This document shows positions 29,962-45,108 of a DNA stretch of 64,000 nt, one piece after another. The notes beneath the pieces were generated by a model. It was not told the DNA's origin and made no database searches. It saw nothing but the letters and a program-made list of their open reading frames with translations. A program made the position numbers and the translations under genes. The stretch lies in assembly GCA_964016885.1 (NCBI GenBank), contig OZ024743.1, positions 311,054,001 through 311,118,000 on the forward strand. Direction: 5' to 3'. Positions within the stretch are counted from its first letter, which is position 1. The number at the start of each line of letters is the position of its first letter. The stretch is from Eledone cirrhosa (taxonomy: Eukaryota).

Positions 29962-31005
29962 TAAGTATTGAAATTTCAGTTAGAAACAGAAAAGGTTATA
30001 GAAATGAAGAGTGCTCTATGTCAGTATCAGAGCAAAATTTAATGTATAAAATCAATACAATATTATTACCTCATTACCAGAGGTTTCCCGAATGAGGCGA
30101 ATACGAAATAAACGACTTCATTCGTTCGTCAGACGAGGCAATATAAAACATGGGCAAATACTTAGAAAAACACATCAAGAAAATCAAAAAAATATACAGA
30201 TAAATGAAATAGAAATTGAAATATATAAAAATCTATCAAGAAAAATAGTTAGGTGTGTGTATGTGTATGTATATACGCTCATAGATGTGCATATACGTAT
30301 ATGTGCACGTGTAAATGTATGGTTAGAAAGTGTGTGTAATTATAAAAATAAAAGTTTAGGGCAAATGTATCTATATGTCTGTATTATGCAGACGGAAATG
30401 GTTACTTCGTAAAAATAAGAAAATAAAGTCGCGCGCATAAAAAACGGCTGGACACTCGTACATTTAGATACGGAAAGTAAGGAGATGAAGAGAGTATAAT
30501 AAATAAAAGAAAAGTATCTATTACGATATATTTATAAAAATATAGTAACGATCAATTAGAAAGACAAGATAGAAAGAAAAATTAAAGAAAACAAAAAAAG
30601 CGGGGATACATACATACACAGACACGCGTGTCTCACAAAAGAAATGTAAAAATAATTATGCTTATATACACACACGCGCTTACACTTCCATACGTTCGAT
30701 ACGTACATACAGACACACACACACATACTTATACTCGCGCATATAAATCTGTTTGCATGCCCATGTATGAAACTGGGTAAATAACAGAAGAGGGAGGGGG
30801 GGAGAAAAAAGAAACAAACAAACAAAAAAATATATATAAAACCGAAATATCAAACACACGGATATAAAGACACTTACACATACGCATAATATACACACAC
30901 GCACACACACAAACACCAGTACACACAAGCATACATACACGTACATATATATATATATATATATACACATACATGCACGCACGCGCGCGCACATACGTAG
31001 TCACT
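29962..31005 (-). mobile_element. Diverged pseudo-LTR/3' UTR related to the 31260-35668 PLE
   Basis: Reverse-complement similarity to 34540-35668, including a hammerhead at ~30069-30138. Confidence 0.8.
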
Positions 31006-31124
31006 CATGTACATATATAAAAAAAATATATATATATATACATATATATATATAATATATATATACATATATATATACATACATATATACATATATATAT
31101 ATAATATATATATACATATATATA

Positions 31125-31178
<54 letters not shown>

Positions 31179-31229
31179 CATATATATACATATATATATA
31201 CATATATATATATACATATATATATATAC

Positions 31230-31267
<38 letters not shown>

Positions 31268-32168
31268 GTATGTATATGTGTCTTTATATCCGTGTTTTTA
31301 CATCTATGTTTTTTGTTTTGTTTTTTTCTTCTTTTTTTACATCCTCATTTTTATGCGTGTGCATGTAAACAGGTCAATATGCGTGAGTGTATGTGTGTGT
31401 ATACGTACCGAATGTATGGATGTGTAAGTGTGCGTATGTATATAAGCATGTATATTTTTGTGTGTGTGTGTGCGAGTGTGTATACAGTCGCGTGCGTGCG
31501 CGCGATTAGATATACATGGGGAGAGGTGTATATGCGTATATATGTGTATCCTGTGTGTGTAGATGTGCTTGCATACGCTTTTGTCTGCACGTTTTTTTCG
31601 TGTATATATATATATATTGCTTATAGATATACGTTTTTTGTAGATATACGTGTGTGTGTACGCGTGTACCTTGTTTGTCTTCTTTTCTTTAATTTTTTCT
31701 TTCTAAATTATTGTTCCATTCTTATAAATATTTCGAGAATGATACTTTCTTTTAATTATTACACTCTCTTACCTCTTTTACTTCCGCATATAAGTGTACG
31801 TGCGTGTGGGTGTGTTTATACGCGTGCCTTCATATTCTTATAATGTATCTAATACCCTATTTTTCTGTGTACCTGCCAAACAGAAAACCACACCATGTCT
31901 GTCTGTAGTTACAGATACACAGATACACTAGCCCTAACACATATATTTACGCACACTTTTTCACTATACGTACACATTTGTACATACACACATATGTACA
32001 TATGTGAGCGTATATACATACATATACACACACCTAACTATATTTCTTGAAAGATTTTTATATTTCATATGGCTATCGTAATTCATTTGTCTACATTTAT
32101 ATAATTTTTTTTTGTTTTTTTGCTTTTCTTGATGAGACTTTCCAAGTATTTAGCCATGTTTTATATTG

Positions 32169-32238
32169 CCTCGTCTGACGAACGAATGAAGACGTTTCCT
32201 TCGTATTCGCCTCATTCGGGAAACCTCTGGTAATGAGG
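32169..32238 (+). ncRNA. Type I hammerhead motif (copies ~35553-35622 +, ~30069-30138 -, ~52415-52485 -, ~52506-52575 +)
   Basis: cctcgt-CTGACGA-a cgaatga...tcattcg g-GAAA-cctctg GTA-atgagg. Confidence 0.85.
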
Positions 32239-34011
32239 TAATTATATTGTATTAATTTTTATACATTAAATTTTGCTCTGGTACTTACATAGAGCACTCT
32301 TCACTTCTATGACTTTTTCTGTTTTCAACGGAAATATCAATACTTATACAGCTCCCAAGAGAATGATCGCAGCATATTCTACATCTTTATGAGATTGGCA
32401 CCTTCCAGCCCTTTTAAAGTCGAGCACTCTTCAGTCATAGGATTTTAAACTTATACTGAACATGGATAGTCTAAATTACTCCAATGGATAAATAGCTCTT
32501 CCGTAGTACATTGGTTTTATAATATTAAAAACAAAAATAGTTCTAGATTCACCCAATTTGACATTGTAGATTTCTACCCATCTATCACTCAGACCCTTTT
32601 AGCGAAAGCTTTAAATTTCGCTAGAAGGTTTACTAATATCTCCGATATTGAAGAGAATGTCATCTTGCACGCTAGAAACACTCTACTCTTTACTGACAAT
32701 GACACTTCGGTAAAAATATCTAACCCAGAGAGCCCATTCGATGTCTCAATGGGCTCTTATGACAGTGCTGATATTTGTGATTTGGTCGGCCTATTCCTCC
32801 TACACACACTTAAAGAAAAATTTCCTAACCATATTTTGGGGCTTTATCGCGACGATGGTCTAATACTTTCCCATACCACCATAGGCCATAACTTAGATAG
32901 ATTAAGGAAAGACTTAATAAAAACCTTCGCTAGTTTTAATCTTAAAATTACTATTGACACTAACCTTTCCAATGTAGATTTCCTAGATATAAACCTAGAT
33001 TTGCCTACTGCTTCTTATAAACCATACCATAAACCTAATGAAAACTTAAAATATATAAATAAAGGCTCTTGCCATCCTCCTATTGTTTTTAAAAACCTTA
33101 TCCCTAATATTAGCCGTAGGATCTCCACTCTCTCTTCCTCAGAAGCTATTTTTAATAAGGCATCCCCCTACTATAATAAAGCCCTCCAAAATAGCGGTTT
33201 TAGCGAACCGATTAAATACATACCCAACTATACTAACTCTATTAAACATAAAAACAGGAAAAAAAAATAATCTGGTTCACACCCCCCTACTCTTTAGCAG
33301 TTAAAACTAATGTAGGCAAAACATTCCTAGAGCTCCTAGATAAACATTTCCCTAGAACACATAGATACTATAAGATCTTTAATAGAAACTGTGTCAAAAT
33401 TAGCTATTCCTGCGGTCCCCCTATTAAGTCTTATATCATCAACAAAAAATCACCTAGAGAACATCAAAATTGCTCCTGTAGAATCAAAAGTGAATGCCCA
33501 TTACAAGGTAAATGCAACACCAAAGTCATCGTATATGCGGCTAAAGTGACAACCATCAGCAACAACCATCCAGCCACCAGTGAACGATATGTGGGTATGA
33601 CGCAACACAAATTCAAAACGCGTTATTACTCACATGTCGCATCCTTTCGACATACAGAAAAAAGATTTACAACAGCTCTGGCTAGCAGAATATGGGATTT
33701 GAAAGACCAAGGTATCCAATATAAAGTAGATTGGTCAATTTTGAACCAATCTAAAGAATATGCAAGAGGAACAAGAAAATGCACGCTCTGCATAAATGAA
33801 AAATATTGGATCTTGCAAAATCTTAAATCACCAAAGACCTGCCTGAACACAAAGACAGAAATGTTCACAAGTTGCCCACACAGGAAATCACACCTGCTTT
33901 CCAGCTCATATAAACTTAACACACTTTCAGATACTTATCCTCCATAAACTCTTATTATTCTCTTTATGACTACGCTTTCTGATTTACTTTCATTTTTATC
34001 ATTATTATTAA

Positions 34012-34250
34012 TTTTATTTTTATTTTTATTTTTATTTTTATTTTTATTTTTATTTTTATTTTTATTTTTATTTTTATTTTTATTTTTATTTTTATTTTTA
34101 TTTTTATTTTTATTTTTATTTTTATTTTTATTTTTATTTTTATTTTTATTTTTATTTTTATTTTTATTTTTATTTTTATTTTTATTTTTATTTTTATTTT
34201 TATTTTTATTTTTATTTTTTTTTTATTTTATTTTATTTTATTTTTTTTTA
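34012..34250 (+). repeat. (TTTTTA)n hexamer microsatellite in the PLE 3' UTR
   Basis: Directly visible; it explains the (LF)n ORF 33966-34385. Confidence 0.95.
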
Positions 34251-35451
34251 TATTATTATAAATATATATATATATATATTTTTTTTACTTCACATCCACC
34301 AATAACCCCCCCCCCCCTTTATTCTCCGATTCAATTACCTAATATCTTCACTTTCCACTTTTTACTTCCCTATTTTCTTCACTAACTGATTACACATTCA
34401 CTTGCGTTTTCCACTCCAGATATTTTTTTTATTATTTCGCAGCCAATCTTATAATTTTATATTTGTACTTACTTATCCACGAGGCTTTTTACACCCTGTA
34501 TCTATGTGTCTGAGCGCCTTAATGTGTGTATACTTTCTATATATGTACACGAACGCCTCCGTATGTGCGCGCGCGTGCGTGTATATATATATATATATGT
34601 GTGTGTATGTATATGCGTCTTTATATCCGTGTTTTTACATCTATGTTTTTTGTTTTGTTTTTTTCTTCTTTTTTTACATCCTCATTTTTATGCGTGTGCA
34701 TGTAAACAGGTCAACATGCGTGAGTGTATGTATGTGTGTGTGTGTACGTACCGAATGTATGGATGTGTAAGTGTGCGTATGTATATAAGCATGTATATTT
34801 TTGTGTGTGTGTGTGTGCGAGTGTGTATACAGTCGCGTGCGTGCGCGTGATTAGATATACATGGGGCGAGGCGTATATGCGTATATATGTGTATCCTGTG
34901 TGTGTAGATGTGCTTGCATAAGCTTTTGTCTGCACGTTCTTTTCGTGTATATATATATATTTCTTATAGATATACGTTTATTGTAGATATACGTGTGTGT
35001 GTACGCGTGTACCTTGTTTGTCTTCTTTTCTTTAATTTTTTTCTTTCTAAATTATTGTTCCATTTTTATAAATATATCGAGAATGATACTTTCTTTTAAT
35101 TATTACACTCTCTTACCTCTTTTACTTCCGCATATAAGTGTACGTGCGTGTGGGTGTGTTTATACGCGTTCCTTCATATTCTTATAATGTATCTAATACC
35201 CTATTTTTCTGTGTATCTGCCAAACAGAAAACCACACCATGTCTGTCTGTAATTACAGATACACAGATACACTAGCCCTAACACATATTTACGCACACTT
35301 TTTCACTATACGTACACATTTGTACATACACACATATGTACATATGTGAGCGTATATACATACATATACACACACCTAACTATATTTCTTAAAAGATGTT
35401 TATATATTTCATATGGCTATTGTAATTCATTTGTCTATATTTATATAATTT

Positions 35452-35482
<31 letters not shown>

Positions 35483-35723
35483 TTGCTTTTTTTTTGCTCT
35501 TTTTTTTTGCTTTTCTTGAGACTTTCCAAGTATTTAGCCATGTTTTATATTGCCTCGTCTGACGAACGAATGAAGAAGTTTCTTTCGTATTCGCCTCATT
35601 AGGGAAACCTCTGGTAATGAGGTAATTATATTGTATTGATTTTTATACATTAAATTTTGCTCTGGTACTTACATAGAGCACTCTTCACTTCTATGACCTT
35701 TACTGTTTTCAACGGAAATTTCA

Positions 35724-35794
<71 letters not shown>

Positions 35795-36508
35795 TATAAA
35801 CATATATATATATATATATATACATATGTTCTACTACTAAGAACTGCATAATTTTATTTCCCTTTTACAGCTATCTTATCCTAAAATTTACACCAATAAG
35901 TATACATATAAACTATTTTAATTTCCTGTTATGAATCTAAATCCCTTGTAATCTATATAAGTTTGTTATTTCTCACTAATACATTTATCCCCAAAAATTA
36001 ATTCTTTCCTTCGTTTTTGACAACATTCTTTAATAACATCTAACTCTTATTTATCATATCTATATGAATTAATATAAATTTATCCCTATAAATATACCTA
36101 TAAATTAAATTAATTTAATTTCTTTTTATAGATCTAAATTCCTTACGTTTTAAATAAGATTGATATTTTTCACTAACAGTTAGCGTGAAATTTTATTCTC
36201 CTTAGATTTTAACATTAGCATTATTCTTTAATAACATCAAATCTTCGTGTACCTTTCAACGGCTTGACCTATTTTCATCCCCAAAGTAATCTTTTCATTC
36301 AAAATACTCTTTCCATTCAAAACTGAAGTCTGCATTCCTCTACCCCTAAATTAAATTTCTACTACTACTTCATTATTTTTATTAATTCATCTAGACTGTT
36401 TTCCTGTGTTTTTCATCGAAAAAGTTTTGAATACATCTTCTCTTTTCATGATATTTGGATTACATTGAGTTCTTCATACGGATTGGACACTACCGTATAT
36501 TTTGGTAG

Positions 36509-36544
<36 letters not shown>

Positions 36545-37136
36545 GTAGATATATACATATATGTATATATATATATACATATATATATATATACATATAT
36601 ATATATACATATATATATATACATATATATATACTTATATATATATATATATATAATATATATATAAATATTTACACATACACCAATTAAACAAAGTCAC
36701 AGATATATATGTGTTTTGGCAACCATTCACGATGTGGCTCAATGAAGAATTAATAAATTAAATAATCAGAGCAAAACACTATAAAGTAAAGCAAGTCCAT
36801 AGAATTATTTGATAATATATATACATCATTTCTTCTCCTAACTAGCATAATTAACCACACAAAAATCAATTTGACCAGGCAATAAGATTAAAAGGCAACT
36901 ATGAAGAAACAGTAAATAAATATACCATAGCAGCGTCTTCGCGGCCAACCGCTATAGAACATCTACCCAACATTTCAACAGCACGTGGAAATTAATTAAA
37001 TATACGGTCAACCATACACAATTAGGTATAAAATTAAAGTTAGAAATACATACCAGGATTAAATCACTAAATCCCGACCCATGGATTTCATTCTCATTTT
37101 GAGATATCCTATTAAGGATAAATCTATATATATATA

Positions 37137-37220
<84 letters not shown>

Positions 37221-37269
37221 TATATCACGTTACATTAACGGAGCCATAGACTCTCGCCGTTCCCTGTAA

Positions 37270-37905
37270 ATAATGTGCTCAAAGGAGAGGAAATCCTGGG
37301 CACTTTAAAATGCAATATGTTGAAAAGGTAACACACTAGAGAGAGATACGGTGTGCCATCAATAAAACGAGGAAAAACCACCAGTGTTTGGAATCAATAA
37401 CCTATGAAAGGCAGAATATAGACACGATAATTAAAAATATAAATTAAAGCGTTAATAAATACCTCTATAACTATATAACACTCGTACAAATCCGTTAATG
37501 TATCGTGATATTTCGCTCCTTATAACAGTCTTTCTCCTCTTTCTCTGTTTAGTTGAGCACACTCCTCTGAGTGGTTTGGGGATGCCCTTTCTAGCAGCTC
37601 GTCCCTCAGCGGCCACTGGTTCACTGCCCTTAAACACGCTGTCACTTCTCTCTCCCACGTGTAGTAGGACGGCCGCTTTAAAATTTCTCTTAGTGTTGTC
37701 TGAAATATATAGCCTAACACACGCTGATGAACCTGGGTTATTTCATTTCTGTCAACAACTTACTGGCGAAATATATCACTGGTTTTGTACGTGTGTTATA
37801 TAGTTATAGAGATATTTATTTACGTTTTAATTTATATTTTTAGTTATCATGTCTATATTCTGCCTTTCATAGGTTATTGAGTCCATGCAATGGTGGCTTT
37901 TCCCT
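37270..37905. repeat. Fold-back repeat with a degenerate hammerhead-like core (CTGATGA ~37724, GAAA ~37768)
   Basis: 37395-37490 is the reverse complement of ~37785-37880; aatatgttgaaaaggtaacacac is shared with 28363-28385. Confidence 0.65.
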
Positions 37906-37907
37906 GT

Positions 37908-38093
<186 letters not shown>

Positions 38094-38191
38094 GCAAAAC
38101 TTCTATTTAAATTGTTGGGATGCAACAAGCAAATATTTTTATAACTGATATAAAGCACTCGACAAGTATTATATATATATATACTCGACAA

Positions 38192-38239
<48 letters not shown>

Positions 38240-38241
<2 letters not shown>

Positions 38242-41200
38242 ACGCACATGTGTATATATATATGTTTTTATTTATTTTGTTATGTGTATTTGGTGTATAT
38301 GTTCGTATATATATATGCGGTACAGGCGTTGCGTGGGTTCTATATGTGCGTGTGTGTGTGTTTTTTGTGTTTTTTTTTGTTGTGTACGTGCTTGTATTTG
38401 CATACGCATCGGGAGTGGTTTCGCGTATGCTTGTGTATGTACGTATATGGATGTGTCTATGTATATATTTAATTTCAATTACCTCTGTATTTTATTTACT
38501 TTATTCTTAACTCTGAAGCCGAGAATTATTCGGTTTCCTAAATAGAATTTTAGTCTACGACTTCAGTTTTACCATTTACGTGGTTTTGTCTTTGCGTGTA
38601 ATTGTCCTCATTGCTCCACGTAATGACGTATTATCTTCGTTTTTTTCGTTCATTGCCAGAGAACGTCTCCATGATCCACCATGACGTATTATCTTCGTTT
38701 TCTCAGTTCTTTGCCAGGGAACGTTTCCACGAACCAAAGTATCGTCTTCCTGTCTTCTTTCAGTTGGAACGTTTTTTGAAATATTAACTTCTGCGTTCAC
38801 AGATTGACTTTTTTAGTTTCAGAAGATCCCGTTAAGGGTGAAAGCAGCGATTATTTGCTTAAACTTTATTCTGTTATTTTAATAAATATTTGCTCTACGG
38901 TTCTTATTTATCTGATATATATTTATCCTTATCGAGCACTCTTTGTATTTTAGTGTTCAAATTTACTATTATTATAATTTGGCGCCCTCGGTTGAGCACT
39001 CTATTGACTTATATTCATCATGCAGAAACAACATCTGCATATTTCTACAAAGAACATACCCATACCAAGCAGGAAAACATACCTAAAACTCCTGATGTTT
39101 TCATTAAAAGGTTGCATTGGCGTGCCTTTTATTTCGATAATCAGAGAAAAGCAGACAATAAACAGGATAAATTCGGCTTTAAAACCTCCCTCTGAGTAAC
39201 CCAGCATTGCTACCATTCGAAAATGATATCTTAGAACTCATATGGAGTATCAAATTTCGGAATAGGAGCAATTCCTTCCAGCTGGACCTGAACAATTGAA
39301 TTCGTTCTATTAAGGGTGCTAATGCCGTGCACGTCCATTCCGACAAAACTGGCAATCTATATCAAGTGGAGCGCAGTACTTACCATCAACTGCTATATAA
39401 TGCTGTAACTAAGGATTAGCTAAAACTAATCGGAGTGTCATTAATGAAATCAACGATGCTGGGTTTAATATCACCTCTGATCTCAACATCCTGGACCGGA
39501 CCGAACCTCTGGACCCTTTTTCTCCCCACTTTACCTGAAAGATCACAAATCCAAATTCCCGAACAACCCCTCTATTCGGCTTTATAACCCTACGAAGTCC
39601 AATTTAGGTAGACTTAGTAAAAGGATTTTTGATAGAATTATACCTGAAATTAGAAGTTTCGCCCCCCCCCCCTCCCCCTTGCACTGTGGAATAATCCTTT
39701 CACGGTGATTGATTGGTTCAATGGAATATGTAACAAGGAACATTGCCGTTTTATCCAATTCGACATCAATAATTACTACTCCTCCATCACTTTACCACTT
39801 CTCCTTAGAGCTATCAATTTTTCTGAAACACTCACAGTGGTTAAGGATTTCGAAGTTGATGTCATCTTCAATGCCCGTAAGTCGGTGATTAATTTCGACG
39901 ATTCTATTTGGATTAAAAAAGCTAATAGTACCCCATTCGCCGTGAGTATGGGCGCCAGCGATTCTGCGGAGGTTACTGATCTTATCGGTCTTTTCCTTCT
40001 TTTCTCAATCAAGGAGGAATTCCCCGACGTGGCCGGTGGTTTGTACCGTGATGACGGTCTTTTGACCATGACAAAGTGCGGCCCACGTGCTCGCGACAGG
40101 TTCAGAAAAGAACTCACAGCCTTCTTTAAAGGCGTCAACCTCTCCATACAGGTTGAGGCCAACCTCTCGGTCGTTAATTACCTCAACATTACCCTCGATT
40201 TGTCGAATGGCTTGCACTACCCGTATAGAAAGCCGAATGATACGCTTAATTACATAAGTAAGCATTCTAACCATCCTGCCAGCATAACCAAGAACCAGGT
40301 AAGAAACGTTTCTTTGAGGCTTTCCCGTCTATCTTCAAACGAGCATATTTTCAACGACCATTCCACATTTTACAATGAAGCTCTACTCGGAGTGGATTTG
40401 TCGATAAGCTAGCTTATACAGAGTACGAGAAGAGACCTACGAAAAATAGATCCCAACGCATTATATGGTATAACCCACCATATAATATGGAGGTGGCCAC
40501 ACCTTTAGCTAAGATCTTTCTCTCCCTTATTATGAAGCATTTCGCACCAGCACATAAATATAGTAACATTTTTAATAGAAATACTATTAAAATTTCTTAC
40601 TCTACGACTCCTAACCTTGCACATAACATCACAGCTTCAAATTTAGCTAATTTACCTAGCCGTAGGAACACGTGCAACCCTGTAGCTAGTACTAACTGTA
40701 ATTGTAGGAATCGGGTTGATTGTCCCCTATCCGGGAAATGCCTCTCTAGTAACATTGTCTACAAATGTAAGGTTGAAACACCCACGTCCCGTAGGGCCTA
40801 CATAGGGTTAACTGCCAATAGATTCAAGCAACGTCTTTACATGCATACCCATTCTTTTCTTAACCCTTTAAGAAGGAATATGACGTCACTTTCAGCTTAT
40901 ATCTGGAGTCTAAAACACAACCACACCCAATATAATTTACACTAGGAGATCCTAGCTAGGGCTAGATCATATAACGGAAATAAAAGACCATGTGACCTAT
41001 GCGCCGCTGAGGCACTGGAAATACTCTACCCCAAAGACTACATCTTAAGCAAAAAATCTGACAATTTCGGTTTGTAAACATAAATTGCACAAAACTTTCC
41101 TGTATTACAGCCCCACATTATACACTAACGGATAGTACGAACTATACGCGGATATTTTACGTCTTGATGTGGTAGCTAAGTATATGTTATGTTAATACCA

Positions 41201-42132
41201 TTACTTATTCGTATAGGTAAGTATATATTACCTGTATGTTTTGTGTAGGTACGTATATTTTCTCGTAAGTATATTTGCTTATATATGTTATTGGCGTATA
41301 TATTATATATACTGGTACATGTGCATTTGGTTATGTGTATACAGGAGTTTTGCGTCTGTGTGAGTATGCGGGTTCGTACGTATGTAGGGTGTGTGCATAT
41401 GTGTACTTTGTATTCTGGTTGACGTAGGCCCGCGAACATATGTGTCATTACATATGGGTGTGTGTGTGCGTGCGTTGTATACGTATTTATGTGTGTATAG
41501 TTATATGCGTTTATTTAATTATGTATACACGCACACGGACACACACAAATGTGTATATATATATATGTTTTTATTTATTTTTTATATGTATTTGGTGTAT
41601 ACGTTCGTATGTGTACTGTACAGGCGTTGCGTGGGTTATGTATGTGCGTGTGTGTGGGTTTTCTTTTTCCTTTTTTTGTTGTTGTGTACGTGCTTGTATT
41701 TTAATACCCATGGGGAGTGGTTTCGCGTATGCTTGTGTTTGTACGTATATGAATGTGTGTATGTATATATTTAATTTCAATTACCTCTGTATTTTATTTA
41801 CTTTATTCTTAACTCTGAAGCCGAGAATCATTCGGTTTCCTAAATAGAATTTTAGTCTACGACTTCAATTATACCATTTACGTGGTTTTGTCTTTGCGTG
41901 TAATTGTCCTCATTGCTCCACATAATGACGTATTATCTTCATTTTTTTCCTTTCTTTGCCAGGGAACGTTTCCACGAACCAGAGTATCGTCTTCCTGTCT
42001 TCATTCGATTGCAACGTTTTTTGAAATATTTACTTCTGCGTTCACAGATTGACTTTTTTAGTTTCAGATGATCCCGTTAAGGGTGAAAGCAGCGATTCTT
42101 TGCTTAAACTTTAATCTGTTATTTTAATAAAA
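38240..42132 (+). mobile_element. Near-full-length decayed PLE with direct pseudo-LTRs (38240-38890, 41540-42132)
   Basis: FIKRLHWRA..DKTGNLY..LKDHK..FIQFDINNYY..GLYRDDGL..SNHP..CNCRNRVDCPLSGKC..IVYKC..AYIGLT; many stops and frameshifts. Confidence 0.93.
38815..38865 (+). ncRNA. Type I hammerhead motif, U4A variant (copies ~42060-42110, ~42558-42608, ~52859-52909 +; ~7090-7140 -)
   Basis: agttt-CAGA(A/T)GA-t ccc gttaa ggg t-GAAA-gca...tg CTT-aaact. Confidence 0.7.
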
Positions 42133-42153
42133 ATATATATTCATATATACATT

Positions 42154-42212
<59 letters not shown>

Positions 42213-42216
<4 letters not shown>

Positions 42217-42628
42217 ATAATAATAAATTTGAAGACTAAAATCCAAAGAGGGCTCGATAAGGATAAATATATATCAAATATATAAGAACCCGAGAGCAAA
42301 TATTTATTAAAATAACAGATTAAAGTTTAAGCAAAGAATCGCTGCTTTCACCCTTAACGGTATATTGTGAAACTAACAAAGTCAATCTGTAAACGCAGAA
42401 GTAGATATTTCAAAAAACGTTGCAACCGTATTATATTCGTTTTTTCCCGTTCTTTGCCAGGGAACGTTTCCACGAACCAAAGTATCGTCTTCCTGTCTTC
42501 CTCCGTTTGCAACGTTTTTTTAAATATCCACTTCTGCGTTTACAGATTGACTTTGTTAGTTTCAGAAGATCCCGTTAAGGGTGAAAGCAGCGATTCTTTG
42601 CTTAAACTTTAATATGTTATTTTAATAA

Positions 42629-42632
<4 letters not shown>
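42213..42632. repeat. Fold-back of the 38240-family pseudo-LTR
   Basis: 42300-42425 is the reverse complement of ~42505-42630. Related pieces at 7070-7190, 52600-52930. Confidence 0.85.
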
Positions 42633-42680
<48 letters not shown>

Positions 42681-44021
42681 GGATTTAATGCTCTGAAATA
42701 GCGATATATATGTGAAGACAAACATAGAATATTCGAAAATATTCTGTATGTTTATAATAAACATTTTGAAGACCTAATCGCTATAGAATAGAATACGTCA
42801 CGTATTACAATTTGAGATGCTCGATAAAAGCAAGGGAAGTAACCTACGCGTTTCATTCTTATTAGAAATCATCAGGATTACATATCCAATGCTTTTATCG
42901 ATAATGACACAGCTAGAGACTTATAGAATACTTAGATGTGTACAGGAACTGGTTTGAAAGAGCGGTAGCCGGTCCGGCAGAAATAGGAATTTGGATTTAA
43001 TGCTCTGAAATAGCGATATATATGTGAAGACAAACATAGAATATTCGAAAATATTCTGTATGTTTATAATAAACATTTTGAAGACCTAATCGCTATAGAA
43101 TAGAATACGTCACGTATTACAATTTGAGATTCTCGATAAAAGCAAGGGAAGTAACCTACGCGTTTCATTCTTATTAGAAATCATCAGGATTACATATCCA
43201 ATGCTTTTATCGAGAATGACACAGCTAGAGACTTATAGAATACTTAGCTGTGTACAGGAACTGGTTTGAAAGAGCGGTAGCCGGTCCGGCAGAAATTAGA
43301 ATTTGGATTTAATGCTCTGAAATAGCGATATATATGTGAAGACAAACATAGAATATTCGAAAATATTCTGTATGTTTATAATAAACATTTTGAAGACCTA
43401 ATCGCTATAGAATAGAATACGTCACGTATTACAATTTGAGATTCTCGATAAAAGCAAGGGAAGTAACCTACGCGTTTCATTCTTACACAGCTTAGTATTC
43501 TATAAGTCTCTAGCTGTGTCATTATCGATAAAAGCATTGGATATGTAATCCTGATGATTTCTAATAAGAATGAAACGCGTAGGTTACTTCCCTTGCTTTT
43601 ATCGAGAATCTCAAATTGTAATACGTGACGTATTCTATTCTATAGCGATTAGGTCTTCAAAATGTTTATTATAAACATACAGAATATTTTCGAATATTCT
43701 ATGTTTATCTTCACATATATATCGCTATTTCAGAGCATTAAATCCAAATTCTAATTTCTGCCGGACCGGCTACCGCTCTTTCAAACCAGTTCCTGTACAC
43801 AGCTAAGTATTCTAAATGTCTCTAGCTGTGTCCTTCTCGATAAAAGCATTGGATATGTAATCCTGATGATTTCTAATAAGAATGAAACGCGTAGGTTACT
43901 TCCCTTGCTTTTATCGAGAATCTCAAATTGTAATACGTGACGTATTCTATTCTATAGCGATTAGGTCTTCAAAATGTTTATTATAAACATACAGAATATT
44001 TTCGAATATTCTATGTTTGTC

Positions 44022-44025
<4 letters not shown>
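42681..44025. repeat. 312-bp ORF-less tandem array (about 2.6 units on -, then about 1.7 units on +), retrozyme-like
   Basis: ggatttaatgctctgaaatagcg occurs at 42681, 42993 and 43305; inversion at ~43485; units are near-identical; (TA)n flanks. Confidence 0.95.
43545..43587 (+). ncRNA. Canonical minimal type I hammerhead (copies 43857-43899 +; 42839-42881 and 43151-43193 -)
   Basis: gtaatc-CTGATGA-t ttct aata agaa t-GAAA-cgc GTA-ggttac, with palindromic helix III acgcgt. Confidence 0.9.
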
Positions 44026-44070
<45 letters not shown>

Positions 44071-44238
44071 AAATATTTTTATTAAAATAACATATGTCAC
44101 AAGGCTCTGATACCATCAACATTATAAACACAGAGCTGGCATATCTAAGAACTGACTAACTGTCATTCAATGGCTATCATCGAAATATATATAGCAGTAA
44201 ATAAAGGATTAGATTTCATTCAATTGACTTATGTTTCG

Positions 44239-44311
<73 letters not shown>

Positions 44312-44313
<2 letters not shown>

Positions 44314-45108
44314 TATAAAGTAAAGCATGTCCATAGAATTATTTGATAATATATATACATCATATACATCATTTCTTCTTCCAACTAGCATAATTAACCA
44401 CACAAAACATCAATTAGACCAGGCAGTAAGACTAAAAGGCACTTATGAAGAAACAGTCAATAAATATACCATAGCATTATATTTAATAATCACCCGTAAG
44501 GTTGAAACTCATTTTGGGCGATATTGGGCTGCACTTTCTAGCAACCAATCCACTCGCCGTAAGCAACCAATCACACTCTTTCTGACTTGACCACTGCCAC
44601 GTCACAGTTCTCAGCGATTTTTAATTCGTGTTTGGCGGGGGCCACTTCAGAAAAAAGTCTGTCCTATTGAGTTTGTCCCCTGAAGAGCTCTAATTTCGAG
44701 ATATATCCTTAATAAGATATCTCAAAATGAGAACGAAACTCATGGGTCGGGATTTAGTGATTTAATCCTGGTATACAAGCATTTCTAACTTTAATTTTAT
44801 ACCTAATTGTGTATGGTTAACCGTATATTTAATTCATTTCCACGTGCTGTTGAAATGTTGGGTAGATATTTCATAGCGGATGGACGCTATGGTATATTTA
44901 TTTACTGTTTCTTCATAGGTGACTTTTAATCTTAAAGCCTGGTCTAATTGATTTTTTGTGTGGTTAATTATGCTAATTTGGAGAAGAAATGATGTTACTT
45001 TATAGTATTTTACTCTGATTACTTAATTTATTGATTCTACATGTAGCCACATCATGAATGGTTGCCAAACACATATATAACTGTGACTTTGTTTAATTGG
45101 TGTATGTG

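Larger units (their letters stand above)
31260..35668 (+). mobile_element. PLE with direct pseudo-LTRs (31260-32345, 34595-35668) flanking truncated RT plus GIY-YIG (~32490-33947)
   Basis: QFDIVDFYPSI..FDVSMGSYDSA..GLYRDDGL..DFLDINL..CSC..CPLQGKC..VIVY..RYVGMT..CTLC; frameshift in the poly-A at ~33260. Confidence 0.93.

Noticed and set aside
33966-34385. Hydrophobic (LF)n ORF as a membrane protein
   Set aside because: Artefact of the (TTTTTA)n repeat.
35830-36500. AT-rich segment resembling a decayed LINE on the minus strand
   Set aside because: No diagnostic motif could be read by eye.
42681-43485. CRISPR-like or satellite interpretation of the regular repeats
   Set aside because: Whole 312-bp units repeat with no unique spacers, no cas genes are present, and the context is eukaryotic.
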